From Dehalococcoidia bacterium (GTDB taxonomy: Bacteria > Chloroflexota > Dehalococcoidia > Plut-88900), in contig CBDBLV010000003.1 of NCBI GenBank assembly GCA_965207225.1, forward strand, positions 154,546 through 218,545: a DNA stretch of 64,000 nt, in the 5' to 3' direction. The notes beneath the pieces are model-generated. The model saw nothing but the letters and a program-made list of their open reading frames with translations. It was not told the DNA's origin and did no database searches. Positions 62,351 to 64,000 of the stretch are shown here, one piece after another (positions within the stretch are counted from its first letter, which is position 1; every line of letters starts with the position of its first letter). The translations under genes and the position numbers were made by a program.

Positions 62351-63469
62351 ATGAGATATAAAGGCTTATTTGGGATGCTTGTACTCGGCGTCCTCCTGGC
62401 CGTGGTTGTCGCTTGCGGCGGTGGGCTTTCGGAGGAGGACGTGGAGACCCGGGCGCAGGAGTTGGCTGACCAGATGGCTGCCGAGATGGCCACGGGCGAA
62501 AGGCTGGCCGCCATACAGGAACGGGGCGTAGTAATATGCGCCAGCAGGAACGACGTACCGGGCTACGGATCCCTTGACGCAGCCGGCAACAACGTCGGAT
62601 TCGACATAGACCTGTGCCGGGCGGTTGCTACCGCGGTGCTCGGGGACCCGAACGCCATTGAGATCCGGCTGATCACGGCGGCGGAACGAGGCCCGACGAT
62701 CCAGTCAGGCGAAGTGGACCTGCTGGTAAGGACCGTGACTTGGACCACCTCCCGAGACGCAAGCTGGGGCAACTACGTGCAGACCATGTTCTACGACGGA
62801 CAGGGTTTCATGGTCCCCAACTCTCTGGGCATTTCCAGCGCCCTGGAGCTAAAGGACGCCACGGTCTGCGTAACCCAGGGAACTACGACAGAACTGAACC
62901 TCCAGGACTTCTCCAACCAGAACAACCTGAACATCACTCCGCTGACATTCGAGGACACGGACGCCGTGGTCGCTGCTTATGAGAACGAGCAGTGCGACTC
63001 CTTCACCAATGACAACTCCCAGCTGGCCGCGCTGGGCACTGCGCTTTCGGACCGGAGCGCCCACACGATTCTTCCGGACACGATATCGGAAGAGCCCCTG
63101 GGGCCTGTTGTTCCTCATGGGGACGACCAGTGGTTCGACATCGTGAAGACGGTCATGGGCATCCTGATCTACTCGGAGGCCTACGGGGTTGACTCGGGCA
63201 GCGTGCCCACATCGAGCACCGGAGACACCAAGGTTGACAGGCTGTTCGGCCTAGAGGGCTCCTTTGGACAGGACGCTCTTGGCCTGGACCAGACTGTTGC
63301 GCAGGACGTAATCAAGGCCGTTGGAAACTACGGCGAGATCTACGACCGCAACCTGGGCCCCGACGGGATCAACCTCCCCCGGGAAGGCGGACGGAACGCA
63401 CTGTGGTCCAACGCCCCGTGCACCGACTGCCCGAAGGGCGGCCAGATATACGCAGCGCCTCTGCGTTAA
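62351..63469 (+). CDS. amino-acid ABC transporter substrate-binding lipoprotein (family 3, AapJ/BztA-like general amino-acid type)
   Basis: Start at MRYKGLFGMLVLGVLLAVVVAC-GGG (ATG 62351, GGAGAGGAG upstream). GVVICASRNDVPGYG, FDIDLCRAVA and LVRTVTWTTSRD. Confidence 0.85.
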   Translation: MRYKGLFGMLVLGVLLAVVVACGGGLSEEDVETRAQELADQMAAEMATGERLAAIQERGVVICASRNDVPGYGSLDAAGNNVGFDIDLCRAVATAVLGDPNAIEIRLITAAERGPTIQSGEVDLLVRTVTWTTSRDASWGNYVQTMFYDGQGFMVPNSLGISSALELKDATVCVTQGTTTELNLQDFSNQNNLNITPLTFEDTDAVVAAYENEQCDSFTNDNSQLAALGTALSDRSAHTILPDTISEEPLGPVVPHGDDQWFDIVKTVMGILIYSEAYGVDSGSVPTSSTGDTKVDRLFGLEGSFGQDALGLDQTVAQDVIKAVGNYGEIYDRNLGPDGINLPREGGRNALWSNAPCTDCPKGGQIYAAPLR

Positions 63470-63602
63470 GATTTGAGCGCCATAGCGTAAAAGCAAACAT
63501 GAAGGGTGGCCGACGGATGTGGGCCGCCCCTCAGCTTTTTGTCAAAAACGGGCAAAAGTCTTGCCGATGTAATAGAATCAGCCTGTTACTGGACTGGCTA
63601 CA

Positions 63603-64000
63603 TTGCGCAACGCCATTACATCTCGACTCAACAGCCTGACCTACAAGGGCATACCGGTTTGGCGTCATGCCCAGGTAATCCAGTGGACGGCACAGATAGT
63701 CTCCGGGGTGGTGGTGGTTGCACTGGTTGCCTGGTTCTTCACCAATATCGGTAATGCGATAAGCGACCGGGACATCCCGTTCGGGTTCAGCTTTCTGAGC
63801 CGGGAGTACCAGACGCCCATAGGACAGCATTTCCTGCCCTACGAATCGTCCGATTCATTCCTTTACGCCCTGGTTGTGGGCGCGACGAATACGATCTTCG
63901 TATCGGTCATCGGGGTAATCCTGGCGACGGCGCTGGGGATATTCATCGGGGTATCCCGGTTGTCGGGGAACTGGCTGGTCTCGAAGATCGCCTTGGTATA
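63603..64000 (+). CDS. amino-acid ABC transporter permease (AapQ/BztB-like), N-terminal part; runs off the right edge
   Basis: Own translation in the frame with codon starts divisible by 3: ..QWTAQIVSGVVVVALVAWFFTNIGNAISDRDIPFGFSFLSREYQTPIG..ATNTIFVSVIGVILATALGIFIGVSRLSGNWLV. The start is uncertain (TTG 63603; the frame opens at 63576). Confidence 0.65.
   Translation, partial: MRNAITSRLNSLTYKGIPVWRHAQVIQWTAQIVSGVVVVALVAWFFTNIGNAISDRDIPFGFSFLSREYQTPIGQHFLPYESSDSFLYALVVGATNTIFVSVIGVILATALGIFIGVSRLSGNWLVSKIALV

Overview
This is a 64-kb, high-GC (about 60% by eye) bacterial chromosomal window with dense, mostly catabolic gene content. About 60 protein-coding genes can be supported.

Core content:
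- The main theme is ten paralogous luciferase-like (LLM-class, flavin- or F420-dependent) oxidoreductase genes at 16741-29898 and 46766-47740.
- Five of them sit in one tight, partly stop/start-overlapping run. The last of that run is split by an IS1380-family insertion sequence with 18-bp terminal inverted repeats and a 4-bp target duplication.
- Around them are amidohydrolases, a Rieske oxygenase, an enolase-superfamily enzyme, a CaiB-type CoA-transferase, a DUF35/thiolase pair, three related MFS transporters and a 2-oxoacid dehydrogenase operon with lipA.
- Transport genes include peptide, amino-acid and zinc ABC systems.
- This paralogue-rich catabolic make-up resembles what is reported for SAR202-type Chloroflexota. 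That taxonomy is inference only.

Accessory content:
- A low-GC cassette encodes a DNA methyltransferase-HNH nuclease fusion plus two small proteins I cannot place. This is the best candidate for an undescribed defence-like system.
- An unknown two-gene module is inserted inside an ABC operon.
- There are four type II toxin-antitoxin-related loci, two of them antitoxin-only.
- A zinc locus holds a ZnuA with a hyper-expanded 33-bp-repeat His/Asp loop, a 73-aa His/Cys-repeat protein and a decayed CDF exporter.
- Intergenic space carries at least four REP-like hairpin repeat families, which form 1.2-1.4 kb mosaics.

No rRNA, tRNA or CRISPR array was found. All family assignments come from motif recognition by eye and need HMM/BLAST confirmation.
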